The notes beneath the pieces were generated by a model. The model saw only the letters and a list, made by a program, of their open reading frames with translations, was not told where the DNA came from and made no database searches. DNA of 64,000 bases. Origin: an uncultured bacterium. GTDB lineage: Bacteria; Omnitrophota; Gorgyraeia; Duberdicusellales; CBEUCJ01. This document shows positions 48,496 to 60,352 of the stretch, piece after piece; the first letter of the stretch is position 1; each line of letters opens with the position of its first letter. The stretch is from positions 67,754 to 131,753 of the forward strand of contig CBEUCJ010000001.1 in assembly GCA_965541615.1 (NCBI GenBank). Reading direction: 5' to 3'. The position numbers were made by a program, and so were the translations under genes.

Positions 48496-50919
48496 ATGAA
48501 AGAGAAGGTAATTCCAAAATATTTAGAAGAAGAAGTAAAAGATTCCTATCTTTCTTATGCTATGAGCGTAATTATGGGAAGAGCTCTACCTGATGTTAGA
48601 GATGGTTTAAAACCTGTTCAAAGAAGAATACTTTACACTATGCATGAGTTGAATTTAAGGCACAATCAGCCTTTTAAAAAATCTGCAAGAATTGTAGGAG
48701 AATGTTTGGGGAAATTTCATCCACATGGAGATATGGCAGTATATGAAGCTCTAGTAAGGATGGCTCAGGATTTTACTTTAAGATACCCTTTAATTCAAGG
48801 ACAAGGTAACTTTGGTTCTATAGATGGAGACCCACCTGCTGCCATGCGTTATACAGAAGCCAGATTATCAAAGATTTCAAATTACATGTTGACTGATATT
48901 GAAAAGGATACTGTAGATTTTGTTCCTAATTTTGACAATACTTTATCTGAACCTGTAGTCCTTCCTGCAGTTTTACCTAATCTTTTAGTCAATGGAACTT
49001 CAGGAATAGCTGTGGGAATGGCTACGAGTATACCTCCTCATAACCTTTCAGAAGTTATAGATGGAATAATTTATTATTTAGAAAATCCTGATTGTAGAAT
49101 AAAAGATTTAATGAGATTCATAAAAGGTCCTGATTTTCCTACAGGTGGAATTATTTATGGAAAAGAAGATCTTTTAAAAGCTTATCAGACAGGAAAAGGA
49201 AGAATAGTTTTAAGAGGGAAAGTTGAATTTGAAGAACATAAATCAAAAAAAAGGATTATCATTACAGAAATTCCATATCAAGTAAATAAAGCTCAGCTTT
49301 TAGAGAACATAGCAAACTTAGTAAACAGAAAAGTAATTGAAGGGATACAAGATTTAAGAGATGAATCAGATAAAGAAGGTATGAGGATAGTAATAGAGTT
49401 AAAAAGAGAAGCTAATTCTGAAATAGTTTTAAACAGGCTTTATAAATTCACACAATTGGAAGTTACTTTTAGCATAATAAATTTAGCTATTGTAGAAGGA
49501 AGACCTAAGATCTTAAATCTTAAAGAGTTAATTTCTCTTTATGTTGAGCATAGAAAAAATGTTATTATTAGGAGAACAAAATTTGAATTAGAAAAAGCCA
49601 AAAAAAGAGCTCATATTTTAGAAGGATTAAAAAAGGCTTTAAAATTTATAGATTTGGTAATTTCTATCATTAAGAAATCTAAAACTCCTCAAGAAGCAAA
49701 AGGAAATTTAATGAAAAAATTAGAATTGAGCAAAATCCAAGCTCAAAGTATCTTAGAGATGCAGTTGCAAAAATTAACTAATTTAGAACAGAAAAAGATA
49801 GATGAAGAATATTTAGAGGTTATAAAAAAGATAGAGTATCTTGAAAGAGTATTGAGTTCAGAGGAGATGGTTAAAGAAATAATAAAAGAAGAGTTATTAA
49901 CTTTGAAAAAAGAGTTTAAGGATAAAAGAAGGACTGAAATTATAGAAGAAGTAGAAAAAATAGAAATAGAAGATTTGATTCCTCAAGAAGATGTGGTAAT
50001 AACTTTAACTCATACAGGTTACATTAAAAGACAGCCTTTAAGTTCTTACAGAGAACAAAAAAAACAAGCAAAAGGTTTGTTAGCTACTCAAATCTCTAAA
50101 GAAGATTTTTTAGAACATTTGTTTTTAGCATCTAGCAAAGATTATATTTTAATTTTTACTAACAAAGGTAAAGTTTTTTGGCTAAAAGTTTATGAGATTC
50201 CTGAAGGTTCAAGAGGAGCTAAAGGGAGGGCTTTGGTGAATTTTATAAACTTAAGTTCAAATGAGAAGGTTAGAGCTATTATTTCTTTAAAAGAAGTAGA
50301 AAAAGATAGTTCATTGATTTTAGCTACAAAAAGGGGATTTATAAAAAAATTGAGGATAAAAGATTTGGGTTCACCTAAAAAGAAAGGTTTAATCGTTATT
50401 TCTTTAGATAAAAATGATGATTTGGTAGGAGCAGGTTTAGTAAAAGAAGGTTATGATATAATTCTGGCTACTAAAGAGGGTTTATGCATAAGATTTTCTG
50501 AAACAGATGTGAGAAGAATGAAGAGAGCTGCAAGAGGAGTTAAGGCAATTGATTTAAAGAAATCAGATGAAGTTATAGGTATGGAAGTTGTGGATAAAAG
50601 ATTAGAAAAGGAGTTAGGGCTTTTAACATTTAGTGAGAAAGGATTTGCTAAAAGGACTCCTCTTTCAGAATACAGAGTTCAAAAAAGAGCAGGTAAAGGT
50701 ATTATAAATTTTAATGTTAATGAGAAGACAGGAAAAGTCGTTGGCATTCTCATTGTGAAAAAAGAAGATCAAATAGTGTTGATAACTCAGAAAGGTATTT
50801 TGAAAAGGTTAAACGTTTTGGCTATAAAACCTACAAAAAGAGCTACTCAGGGAACTAAAGTTATAAAGTTAGAAGCTCAAGATTTGGTAAGTTCTGTAGC
50901 TCGTATCGTTTCTGAATAA
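48496..50919 (+). CDS. gyrA: DNA gyrase subunit A (degenerate GyrA-box)
   Basis: [29 protein letters not shown], six-blade CTD. Confidence 0.96.
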   Translation: MKEKVIPKYLEEEVKDSYLSYAMSVIMGRALPDVRDGLKPVQRRILYTMHELNLRHNQPFKKSARIVGECLGKFHPHGDMAVYEALVRMAQDFTLRYPLIQGQGNFGSIDGDPPAAMRYTEARLSKISNYMLTDIEKDTVDFVPNFDNTLSEPVVLPAVLPNLLVNGTSGIAVGMATSIPPHNLSEVIDGIIYYLENPDCRIKDLMRFIKGPDFPTGGIIYGKEDLLKAYQTGKGRIVLRGKVEFEEHKSKKRIIITEIPYQVNKAQLLENIANLVNRKVIEGIQDLRDESDKEGMRIVIELKREANSEIVLNRLYKFTQLEVTFSIINLAIVEGRPKILNLKELISLYVEHRKNVIIRRTKFELEKAKKRAHILEGLKKALKFIDLVISIIKKSKTPQEAKGNLMKKLELSKIQAQSILEMQLQKLTNLEQKKIDEEYLEVIKKIEYLERVLSSEEMVKEIIKEELLTLKKEFKDKRRTEIIEEVEKIEIEDLIPQEDVVITLTHTGYIKRQPLSSYREQKKQAKGLLATQISKEDFLEHLFLASSKDYILIFTNKGKVFWLKVYEIPEGSRGAKGRALVNFINLSSNEKVRAIISLKEVEKDSSLILATKRGFIKKLRIKDLGSPKKKGLIVISLDKNDDLVGAGLVKEGYDIILATKEGLCIRFSETDVRRMKRAARGVKAIDLKKSDEVIGMEVVDKRLEKELGLLTFSEKGFAKRTPLSEYRVQKRAGKGIINFNVNEKTGKVVGILIVKKEDQIVLITQKGILKRLNVLAIKPTKRATQGTKVIKLEAQDLVSSVARIVSE

Positions 50920-50960
50920 GTTGACATAAATTCAGAGTTGGTATATTTTTATATAAATAA

Positions 50961-51034
50961 GTCCCCATCGTCTAGCCAGGTTAGGACTCGGGCCTTTCGA
51001 GCCCGCAGCGGGGGTTCAAATCCCCCTGGGGACG
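50961..51034 (+). tRNA. tRNA-Glu(TTC)
   Basis: GTCCCCA/TGGGGAC acceptor, CGGGC-CTTTCGA-GCCCG anticodon arm; TTGACA promoter at 50921. Confidence 0.95.
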
Positions 51035-51044
51035 TTCTGTTTTT

Positions 51045-51437
51045 ATGGGAATCACAATTTTAAGTTTTGTAAATGTATTAATAAGTCTCTTTTTCTTAGC
51101 AGCAGGCGTCTCTATTTTTTTAGTCCTAAAAGATCCTAAGTTAATAGAGTTATTGAAAGAAAAACTACCAGTTCCAATAACTAAAGAAATACTTTTGTAT
51201 ATGGGAGTTACTTATCTTGTGTGCAGTGTTTTATTTTTAATAAGTGGGATAGGATTAAATTTAAGAAGAAAATGGGCTCATAAATTTACAATATTTTTGT
51301 GTATCGTTTTTTGTTTTCTTATTTTAATCGGATCTTTAAAATCTCCTTTAAGTATTCTGAATATCATTTTTTTCTTATATCTTGGGATCCAGATTTTTTA
51401 TCTCACAAAAAAAGATGTTTTAAAATTTTTTAAATAA
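51045..51437 (+). CDS. Hypothetical membrane protein
   Basis: ~4 TM helices, GIGL..RRKWA motif; coupled to glmS. Confidence 0.65.
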   Translation: MGITILSFVNVLISLFFLAAGVSIFLVLKDPKLIELLKEKLPVPITKEILLYMGVTYLVCSVLFLISGIGLNLRRKWAHKFTIFLCIVFCFLILIGSLKSPLSILNIIFFLYLGIQIFYLTKKDVLKFFK

Positions 51438-53260
51438 TGTGTGGAATTACAGCTTATTTAGGTAACTCAAAAGCAAAGGATGTTCTTTTAGATACTTTAA
51501 AAAGATTAGAATACAGAGGTTATGATTCTTGTGGAATGGTGGTTTTAAATGAAGGAAAATTTAGATTATGGAAGTTGAAAGGAAAGGTATCAGAATTAGA
51601 AGGGTTAGTAAAAGATAAGAGAATAGATGCAAATATAGGAATTTCTCATACTAGATGGGCAACACATGGTGCACCCAATAAAATAAATGCACATCCACAT
51701 ACAGATTGCCATAAAAAAATTTTCGTCGTTCATAATGGAATAATAGAAAACTTTGAGGAGTTAAAAAAAAAGTTAGTCAAAGAAGGTCATCATTTTACCT
51801 CAGATACTGATACAGAAGTCATTCCTCATTTAATAGAAAAATTTTATAAAGGAGATCTCTTAAAAGCAGTTCTTAAAGCTATTAAGGTATTAAAAGGAAG
51901 CTTTGCTATAGGAATAGTTTCCGTGTATGAGCCAGATAAAATAATAGGAGTAAGGTATTTTTCTCCTTTAATAGCAGGTCTTAACAAAGAAGAAAAATTT
52001 TTAGCTTCAGATTTACCAGCACTCTTACCTTTTACAGATCAAGTGATTTTTTTGGAAGAAGAGTCTGTAATCTTAATGACAAAAGAAAAAATTAAAGTTT
52101 TTGATTTTGAAGGAAAACCCAAAGATTTTGAAATAAAAAAAGTAGATTTAACTCCAGAACAGGCTCAGAAAAAAGGATTTAAACACTTTATGTTAAAAGA
52201 GATCTTTGAACAACCAGATGTTATGAAAAATTTATATTCTCTATATATAGATAAAACTAAAAAAATAAATTTTAAAAACTTAGATGAAAAATTTTTAAAG
52301 AGAGTAGAGAGAGTTCTAATAACAGCTTGTGGAACAGCTTTTCATGCAGGTTTAGTAGCTAAATACTTATTAGAAAAGTTTTGTAAAATAAAGTGCGAAA
52401 CAGAAATTTCTTCTGAGTTTAGATATAGAGATGTTTATTTAGATAAAGAAAAGGATTTAATGGTCTGCATTTCTCAATCAGGTGAAACTGCTGATACTTT
52501 AGCTTGTTTGAGGAGAGTAAAAGAAAAAGGTGTGAAAGTTTTAGGAGTTTGTAATGTTTTAGGTTCAAGTTTATATAGAGAATCAGATTTTTTGATCTAT
52601 ACGAATGCAGGTCCTGAAATAGGAGTTGCTTCCACTAAAGCCTATACTGCTCAAATTGCTTGTATGTTTTTATTTGCTTTATATTTAGCAAAACTAAAAA
52701 ATAAGATCTCTGAAAAAGAATATTTAGCTTATTTAAAAGAGTTTGAAAAAGTCGCAGACTTTCAAAGAGAAATTTTGTTAAAATCAAAAAAGATAAGGAC
52801 GATTTCTAAGAAGTTTTCAAAATTTGGATGTTTTTTATATTTAGGAAGAAATATAAATTACCCTTCAGCTTTAGAAGGAGCTTTAAAGCTTAAAGAAATT
52901 TCTTACATTCCTGCTGAAGGATACGCTGCAGGTGAAATGAAACATGGTCCTATTGCTTTGATAGATGAGTATAGAGCCGTTGTTTGTATAAATCCAAAGA
53001 GTTTTGTTTATGAAAAGATGCTTTCTAATATGCAGGAGATAAAAGCAAGGAAGGGTAAAATTGTAAGTATTTTAACTGAAGGTGATAAGTTATGTGAAAA
53101 GCTTTCAGATGAGGTGATTTTTATTCCTCAAATAAAAGAAGAATTAAGCCCTCTTTTAGTAGCTCTCCCTCTTCAACTTTTTGCATATTATTTAGCTGAC
53201 AATTTAGGTTTAGAAATCGATAAGCCCAGAAATTTAGCAAAATCTGTTACAGTAGAGTAA
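51437..53260 (+). CDS. glmS: Glutamine-fructose-6-phosphate aminotransferase
   Basis: MCGI, RLEYRGYDS, HTRWATHG, SQSGETAD, C-terminal PRNLAKSVTVE. Confidence 0.98.
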   Translation: MCGITAYLGNSKAKDVLLDTLKRLEYRGYDSCGMVVLNEGKFRLWKLKGKVSELEGLVKDKRIDANIGISHTRWATHGAPNKINAHPHTDCHKKIFVVHNGIIENFEELKKKLVKEGHHFTSDTDTEVIPHLIEKFYKGDLLKAVLKAIKVLKGSFAIGIVSVYEPDKIIGVRYFSPLIAGLNKEEKFLASDLPALLPFTDQVIFLEEESVILMTKEKIKVFDFEGKPKDFEIKKVDLTPEQAQKKGFKHFMLKEIFEQPDVMKNLYSLYIDKTKKINFKNLDEKFLKRVERVLITACGTAFHAGLVAKYLLEKFCKIKCETEISSEFRYRDVYLDKEKDLMVCISQSGETADTLACLRRVKEKGVKVLGVCNVLGSSLYRESDFLIYTNAGPEIGVASTKAYTAQIACMFLFALYLAKLKNKISEKEYLAYLKEFEKVADFQREILLKSKKIRTISKKFSKFGCFLYLGRNINYPSALEGALKLKEISYIPAEGYAAGEMKHGPIALIDEYRAVVCINPKSFVYEKMLSNMQEIKARKGKIVSILTEGDKLCEKLSDEVIFIPQIKEELSPLLVALPLQLFAYYLADNLGLEIDKPRNLAKSVTVE

Positions 53261-53931
53261 TGCTTTATATAGTAGGTACTCCTATCGGGAATCTTAAAGA
53301 CATTACTTTAAGAGCTTTGGATATTTTAAAAGAAGTAGATTTAATAGTATGTGAAGATACAAGGAGGACTTTAAAGCTTTTAAATCATTATCAAATTAAA
53401 AAACCTCTTTTAAGTTACCATGAACATAATAAATACAGACAGTTGAATAAAATAATAAAATCTTTAAAAGAAGGCAAAAATTTAGCTTTAGTTTCAGATG
53501 CAGGTTTACCGTGTATATCTGATCCTGGGTATTTGATTGTGAAAAGACTTATAGAAGAGAACTTACCGTTCAGTATAATCCCAGGACCTTTTGCAGGAGT
53601 TTTGGGGTTAATACTTTCAGGATTACCTACAGATAGATTCGTTTTTGAAGGATTTTTGCCTTACAAAAAGAGTAAAAGAAAAAAGAGATTAGAAGAGTTA
53701 AAAGAAGAAAAAAGGACTGTAATTATTTATGAATCTCCACATAAAATTATTAAACTATTGGATTCTATTTTAGAAATTTTAGGAGATAGAAAAATAGCAG
53801 TAGTAAGAGAGTTAACCAAAGTCTATGAAGAAGTTTTAAGGGGTAGAGTTTCAGAGGTTAAAAAGATTTTGGAAAAAAGAAATAAGATAAAAGGAGAATT
53901 TATAGTTTTGATTTCTAAAGATGAAAATTAA
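53260..53931 (+). CDS. rsmI: 16S rRNA C1402 2'-O-methyltransferase
   Basis: LYIVGTPIGNL.DIT.RA, CEDTR, VSDAG.P.ISDPG, YESPH, RELTK. Confidence 0.95.
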   Translation: MLYIVGTPIGNLKDITLRALDILKEVDLIVCEDTRRTLKLLNHYQIKKPLLSYHEHNKYRQLNKIIKSLKEGKNLALVSDAGLPCISDPGYLIVKRLIEENLPFSIIPGPFAGVLGLILSGLPTDRFVFEGFLPYKKSKRKKRLEELKEEKRTVIIYESPHKIIKLLDSILEILGDRKIAVVRELTKVYEEVLRGRVSEVKKILEKRNKIKGEFIVLISKDEN

Positions 53932-54757
53932 TTTAGCAAAAAATTTAGGTTTTTGTTTTGGAGTAAAAAGAGCTTTAAAACTAACAGAGGAAGTTTTGAA
54001 AGAAAATAAAAATGTTTTTATTTTAAATCCTTTAGTCCACAATGAATATGTCATGAAGGATTTAGAAAAGAAAGGATTAAAAAAAGTAAAGTTTTTAAAA
54101 GAGATTCCTGAGAATAGTTTTTTGATTTTGCCTGCACATGGAACGAGCCCTGATTTAATAAGAGAAGCTAAGAAAAAAAAGCTAAAGCTAATAGATTGTA
54201 CATGTCCTTTTTTATTAGAGATTCACAGAAAAATTAGAGAGTTAGAGAAAAGTAGATACTTTTTAGTCATTATAGGAGACAAATTCCACGCAGAAACAAA
54301 AGCAATTAGAGCTCAAGTGAAGAAAGCTCTGGTTATAGAGGATATGAAAGATTTAAGAGCATTTAAAAAAGAATTAAATCAAAAAAAGATAGGAGTAGTA
54401 TTTCAATCTACACAAGATTTAGAACAAGTTTTTGATATAATCTTAGAAATACTTAAGAACACTCAAGAGTTAAGGGTCTTTAATACTATTTGCAAACCTA
54501 CTCAATTAAGGCAAGAAGAAATAAAAAAATTAGCTCAAGAAAATGATATAGTCTTAGTTATTGGTTCAAAGACTAGTGCGAATACTAATAGACTTTATAA
54601 AATAAGTAAGAAAATAAATCCTTCTACATATTTAATTTCAGAACCTTCAGATATTCCTTATGAAAATATAACACCCAATACAAAGATAGCTATTACTTCA
54701 GGTTCATCTACGCCTCCTTTTTTAATAGACCAAATAATTAAATCCTTGAAAAAATAA
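53921..54757 (+). CDS. ispH: 4-hydroxy-3-methylbut-2-enyl diphosphate reductase
   Basis: GFCFGVKRA, VHN, AHG, DCTCP, NTIC, SANT. Confidence 0.93.
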   Translation: MKINLAKNLGFCFGVKRALKLTEEVLKENKNVFILNPLVHNEYVMKDLEKKGLKKVKFLKEIPENSFLILPAHGTSPDLIREAKKKKLKLIDCTCPFLLEIHRKIRELEKSRYFLVIIGDKFHAETKAIRAQVKKALVIEDMKDLRAFKKELNQKKIGVVFQSTQDLEQVFDIILEILKNTQELRVFNTICKPTQLRQEEIKKLAQENDIVLVIGSKTSANTNRLYKISKKINPSTYLISEPSDIPYENITPNTKIAITSGSSTPPFLIDQIIKSLKK

Positions 54758-54812
54758 GGTAATTTTTTAAATTCTTACAAAGTAGGCTAAAAGTTTTTAT
54801 AATAAGCTATTC

Positions 54813-54841
54813 TTGACAGAAAAAGGAAAAGCTGTTATTCT
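54813..54841 (+). promoter_or_regulatory. pyr operon promoter
   Basis: TTGACA-N17-TATTCT with TG extension. Confidence 0.65.
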
Positions 54842-54848
54842 TTAAAAG

Positions 54849-54882
54849 ACCTTTAAATCTGGTCCTGTGAGGCCAGAAAGGT
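54849..54882 (+). promoter_or_regulatory. PyrR-binding RNA element
   Basis: ACCTTTAA-ATCTGG-TCCTGTGAGG-CCAGA-AAGGT matches the PyrR binding-loop consensus (CUUUAA...UCCNGNGAGGY); upstream of pyrR. Confidence 0.85.
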
Positions 54883-54884
54883 AA

Positions 54885-56363
<1,479 letters not shown>

Positions 56364-56380
<17 letters not shown>

Positions 56381-57632
56381 AGGAGCAAAAATCTGTGATT
56401 TAGAGAAAAAAGAATTTGTAGAAGCAGATATTTTAATTGCAGGAGAAAAAATTAAAAGAATAGGGAAAAATTTAAAAGCAGATGCAAAACTTATAGATGC
56501 TAAAGGTTTATATTGTTTTCCAGGGTTTGTAGATTTGCATACTCATGTAAGAGAGCCAGGTGCAGAGTATAAAGAAAATATAAGTACTTTAACGAGATCA
56601 GCTTCAAAGGGAGGTTTTACATCTCTTTTGTGTATGCCCAATACTCAAATATGTTTAGATACTCCTGAAAAGATAAGGAGTTTTCTAAAAATAGCAAAAT
56701 CTTCAGATATAAATATATTTGTATGTGGAGCAATAACAAAAGAAAGAAAAGGTAAAGAACTTACAGAGATGTTTTTAATGAAAAGAGAAGGAGCTTTAGC
56801 TTTCAGTGATGATGGAAGTTGGGTAGAAGATAGTTTTCTTTTCTTAATGGCATTAAGATATGCTAAATTTTTAAATACTTTAATAATTACTCATGCAGAA
56901 GAGAAAAGTTTATCTCAAGGAGTATGTAGAGAAGGAAGATTAAATATAGAATGTGGGTTTTTCCCTAATTATGCAATTTCAGAGACGATAGCTATTTTAA
57001 GAGATTTAGAGATTGCTAAATACACAGGTGCCAAACTCCATATAGCTCATGTTTCTACTAAGAGAGGTGTGGTTTTAATTGAAAGAGCAAAGAAAGAAGG
57101 AATAAAAGTTAGTTGTGAAGCAACACCTCATCATTTAATTTTAAATTTTCAAGAGTTATCAAAATACGATCCAAATTTTAAAGTAAATCCTCCTTTAGGT
57201 TCTGAGGAAGATAGAAGGGAATTAATAAAGGCTCTTAAAAAAGACATAATAGATTGTATAGCTACTGATCACGCTCCTCATACCAAAGAAGAAAAATTAA
57301 GACCATTTTCAGAAGCTAATCCTGGAGTAATAGGTTTGGAAAGCTGTTTTTCTGCACTTTACACTTATTTGGTCGATAAAGGATATATTGATATCTTTAA
57401 ATTGGTAGAAAAACTCACTTTAAAACCTGCCCAAATCTTAGGTCTTAAAACAAAAGGCTTGTTAAAGGAAGGCTTAGATGCAGATCTAGTTTTAATAGAC
57501 TTAGATGAAGAATGCGTCTTTACAGAGAAAGAAATCGAGTCAAGATGCAAGAATTCTCCTTTCTTAGGTAGAAATTTGAAAGCAAAGGTTAAGTTTACTA
57601 TTTCTAAAGGAAAGATAGTCTATAAAGAATGA
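56364..57632 (+). CDS. pyrC: Dihydroorotase
   Basis: PGFVDLHTHVREPG, CMPNT, FSDDG, KVNPPL, ATDHAPH. Confidence 0.95.
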
Positions 57633-58078
57633 AGCTTTTATTAACCCAAGAATTAGGAAGATTGGCTAAATGGTTAAGAATATTAGGTTTTGATACTGAG
57701 TATACAAGAGAAGAAAAGTTTTCCAAAGTGATCTTAGAAGCTTTAAAAGAAGATAGGGTGATAATAACAAAGAGAAAAAAGATTTATGAGCATCCAGGAG
57801 TAAAGTTTATAAAAGTGAATTCAGATAGCTATAAAGAGCAGTTAAAAGAAATTTTAAGTTTTTTAAAAGATTATATAAAAGAAGAGAAAAAATTTACTAG
57901 ATGCAATATCTGCAATACTCAGATAAAAGAGATAGAAAAAGAAAAAGTAAAAGACAAAGTTCCTGAATACGTATTTATTACACAAAAAAAGTTTTATTTC
58001 TGTCCAAAATGTAATAAAATTTATTGGCAAGGTTCACACTGGCAAAAGGTAGAAGAACTTTTAAAAGAAGTATTATGA
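57629..58078 (+). CDS. Mut7-C RNase (PIN-like + Zn ribbon) domain protein
   Basis: LGRLAKWLRILGFDT, FTRCNICN, CPKCNKIYWQGSH. Confidence 0.88.
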   Translation: MKLLLTQELGRLAKWLRILGFDTEYTREEKFSKVILEALKEDRVIITKRKKIYEHPGVKFIKVNSDSYKEQLKEILSFLKDYIKEEKKFTRCNICNTQIKEIEKEKVKDKVPEYVFITQKKFYFCPKCNKIYWQGSHWQKVEELLKEVL

Positions 58079-59313
58079 AATTTATAGCTGATTTTCACAT
58101 CCATTCAAAATTTTCAAGAGCTACTTCCAAAGATATGGATATTAAGAATTTAGTAAAATGGGCAAAACTAAAAGGTATAACTCTATTAGGTACAGGAGAT
58201 TTCACTCATCATCTTTGGTTTGAAGAGTTAAAGAATAATTTAGAGTATATAGAAGATAAAGGTTTGTTTATTTCTAATGGGGTTTATTTTATTCTCTCTG
58301 TAGAGGTCTGTAATATATTTTCACAAAATAACAAAGTTTATAGAGTACACAATGTGATATTAGCACCTTCTTTTAAAATAGCCAAAGAAATAAATAACAT
58401 GTTAAGTTTTTATGGGAATTTAGCTTCAGATGGTAGGCCTGTTTTAAGTATGAGTTGCAAGAGATTAGCTGAAGAACTTTTTAGAATTTCACCAGATATT
58501 ATGTTGATACCCGCTCATATTTGGACTCCTTGGTTTAGTTTGTTTGGATCAAATTCAGGATTCGATTCCATAGAAGAAGCTTTTGACAAATACACAACAA
58601 AAATAACAGCTTTAGAGACTGGTTTATCTTCTGATCCAGCTATGAATTGGAGAGTCTCTAGTTTAGATAGGTTTAGTTTAGTTTCAAACTCAGATTCTCA
58701 TTCTCCTTCAAGGATTGGAAGAGAAGCAAATGTTTTTGATTGTGATTTAAACTACTGGGAAATAAAAAGAGTTTTAGAAAATAAAGATAAAGAAAAATTT
58801 TTATATACAATTGAATTCTTTCCTGAGGAAGGCAAGTACCATTATGATGGACATAGAAACTGCAAAGTGAGATTACATCCTAAAGAGACAAAAAAAATTG
58901 GAGGTATCTGTCCTAAATGTGGTAGACCTTTGACTAAAGGAGTCTTACACAGAGTAGAGGATTTAGCAGATCGTCCTGAAGGTTTTATACCTTCACAGAC
59001 TATACCTTTTAAAAGTTTGGTTCCTTTAGAAGAAATAATAGCTCAAAGTAGAGGACTAAATAAAAATACAAAGGCAGTTCTTGATGAATATTTAAATATA
59101 GTCTATAAATTTGGTTCAGAATTCGAAACATTAATTAATGTTCCAGAACAAGATTTAAGAAAAAACCTTTCTCCAAAAATAGCAGAGGGTATTATTAGAG
59201 TGAGGCAAGGTAAAGTTAAAAAAGAACCAGGTTTTGATGGAGAGTATGGAGTAATAAAAGTTTTTGACCAAGATTCAGAACCTAAAAAAGAGACTCAATT
59301 GAATTTGTTTTAA
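58075..59313 (+). CDS. Endonuclease Q family (PHP domain, Zn ribbon)
   Basis: ADFHIHSKFSRATS, GTGDFTH, PAHIWTPWFS, ETGLSSD, SNSDSHS, GKYHYDGHR.C, CPKCG, PGFDGEYG; ATG at 58075 chosen. Confidence 0.88.
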   Translation: MKFIADFHIHSKFSRATSKDMDIKNLVKWAKLKGITLLGTGDFTHHLWFEELKNNLEYIEDKGLFISNGVYFILSVEVCNIFSQNNKVYRVHNVILAPSFKIAKEINNMLSFYGNLASDGRPVLSMSCKRLAEELFRISPDIMLIPAHIWTPWFSLFGSNSGFDSIEEAFDKYTTKITALETGLSSDPAMNWRVSSLDRFSLVSNSDSHSPSRIGREANVFDCDLNYWEIKRVLENKDKEKFLYTIEFFPEEGKYHYDGHRNCKVRLHPKETKKIGGICPKCGRPLTKGVLHRVEDLADRPEGFIPSQTIPFKSLVPLEEIIAQSRGLNKNTKAVLDEYLNIVYKFGSEFETLINVPEQDLRKNLSPKIAEGIIRVRQGKVKKEPGFDGEYGVIKVFDQDSEPKKETQLNLF

Positions 59314-59314
59314 A

Positions 59315-59800
59315 ATGAAGGTAAGGATCTTTTATTATTCAGAGACAGGAAATACAAAAAAAGTAGCAGAGTTTTTTAAAGATATTTTAGAAGCAAGAGG
59401 TATTTTTACAAAAATAGAAAGGATAGTAGCTTTAAATGAAGCAAAGAGTTTTTTTAAAAAAGCAGTCAGGAGTTTTTTTAAAAAGAAGACTCAAATATAT
59501 CCTATAGATTTTTCTATAGAAGAAGAGATAGTTATAATTGGGTGTCCTGTTTGGGCTTTTACTTTTCCACCAGCTGTTAGAACATTTTTTGAAGATTTGC
59601 CCAAACTTCAAGATAAAAAGATAATTTTGTTTGTAACTTATGGCAGTGGTTTAGGTAAAGATAAATGTTTAAATGAAATGGAAAAGTTTTTAGAGAAAAA
59701 AGGAGCTTATTTTATTAGAAAGATTTCTTTCCAAGAAAAGGAAATTAAAGAGAAAAGGGGTTTAATAACAAAGTTAGAAAAACTTATAAAATCTCTATAA
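59315..59800 (+). CDS. Flavodoxin-like protein
   Basis: YYSETGNTKKVA, IGCPVW, LFVTYG. Confidence 0.82.
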   Translation: MKVRIFYYSETGNTKKVAEFFKDILEARGIFTKIERIVALNEAKSFFKKAVRSFFKKKTQIYPIDFSIEEEIVIIGCPVWAFTFPPAVRTFFEDLPKLQDKKIILFVTYGSGLGKDKCLNEMEKFLEKKGAYFIRKISFQEKEIKEKRGLITKLEKLIKSL

Positions 59801-59803
59801 AAA

Positions 59804-59881
59804 GCCCCTGTAGCTTAAATTTGGATAGAGCACAGGCCTCCGGAGCCTGAGGTGGCAGTTCGAGTCTGCCCAGGGGCACCA
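59804..59881 (+). tRNA. tRNA-Arg(CCG)
   Basis: GCCCCTG/CAGGGGC acceptor, CAGGC-CTCCGGA-GCCTG anticodon arm, GTTCGAGT T-loop, encoded CCA. Confidence 0.93.
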
Positions 59882-59908
59882 AAAGGGAAAGTTTATAAAA
59901 AAATTAGG

Positions 59909-60352
59909 ATGAATGTTGGAGTAATTGGAGGTTCAGTCTGTAATAAGAAGATTTACAAAATAGCTTTTGAGTTAGGTAGATTAATTGCAAAAGAAAAATG
60001 GGTTTTAATATGTGGAGGTGGAGGTGGTGTAATGGAAGCTGTGTGTAAAGGTGCAAAGTCTGAAGGAGGCTTAACTGTAGGAATATTACCCAGTATAGAT
60101 GGAAGAGAAGCAAACAAATATTTAGATGTTAAACTTCCTACAGGTTTAGGTTATGTTAGAAATACTTTAATAGTTAGAGCTTCAGATATTCTGATCGCTG
60201 TCGATGGAAGGTATGGGACTTTATCTGAAATAGCTTTTGCTTTAAATGAAGGTAAATTAGTTTTAGGGATAGAGACTTGGGATATAAAGGGTATAAAAAA
60301 AGTAAAGACACCTCAAGAGGCTATTAACTTTATAAAAAAATTGAAAAGATGA
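59909..60352 (+). CDS. LOG-like Rossmann-fold protein (TIGR00725 type)
   Basis: VGVIGG, CGGGGGVMEA, TVGILP, TGLG..RN, GTLSEIAFAL; ATG 59909 chosen because the longer ORF overlaps the tRNA. Confidence 0.87.
   Translation: MNVGVIGGSVCNKKIYKIAFELGRLIAKEKWVLICGGGGGVMEAVCKGAKSEGGLTVGILPSIDGREANKYLDVKLPTGLGYVRNTLIVRASDILIAVDGRYGTLSEIAFALNEGKLVLGIETWDIKGIKKVKTPQEAINFIKKLKR

Noticed and set aside
59852-59908. N-terminal extension of the LOG-like ORF
   Set aside because: Overlaps tRNA-Arg; ATG at 59909 gives the family-typical start
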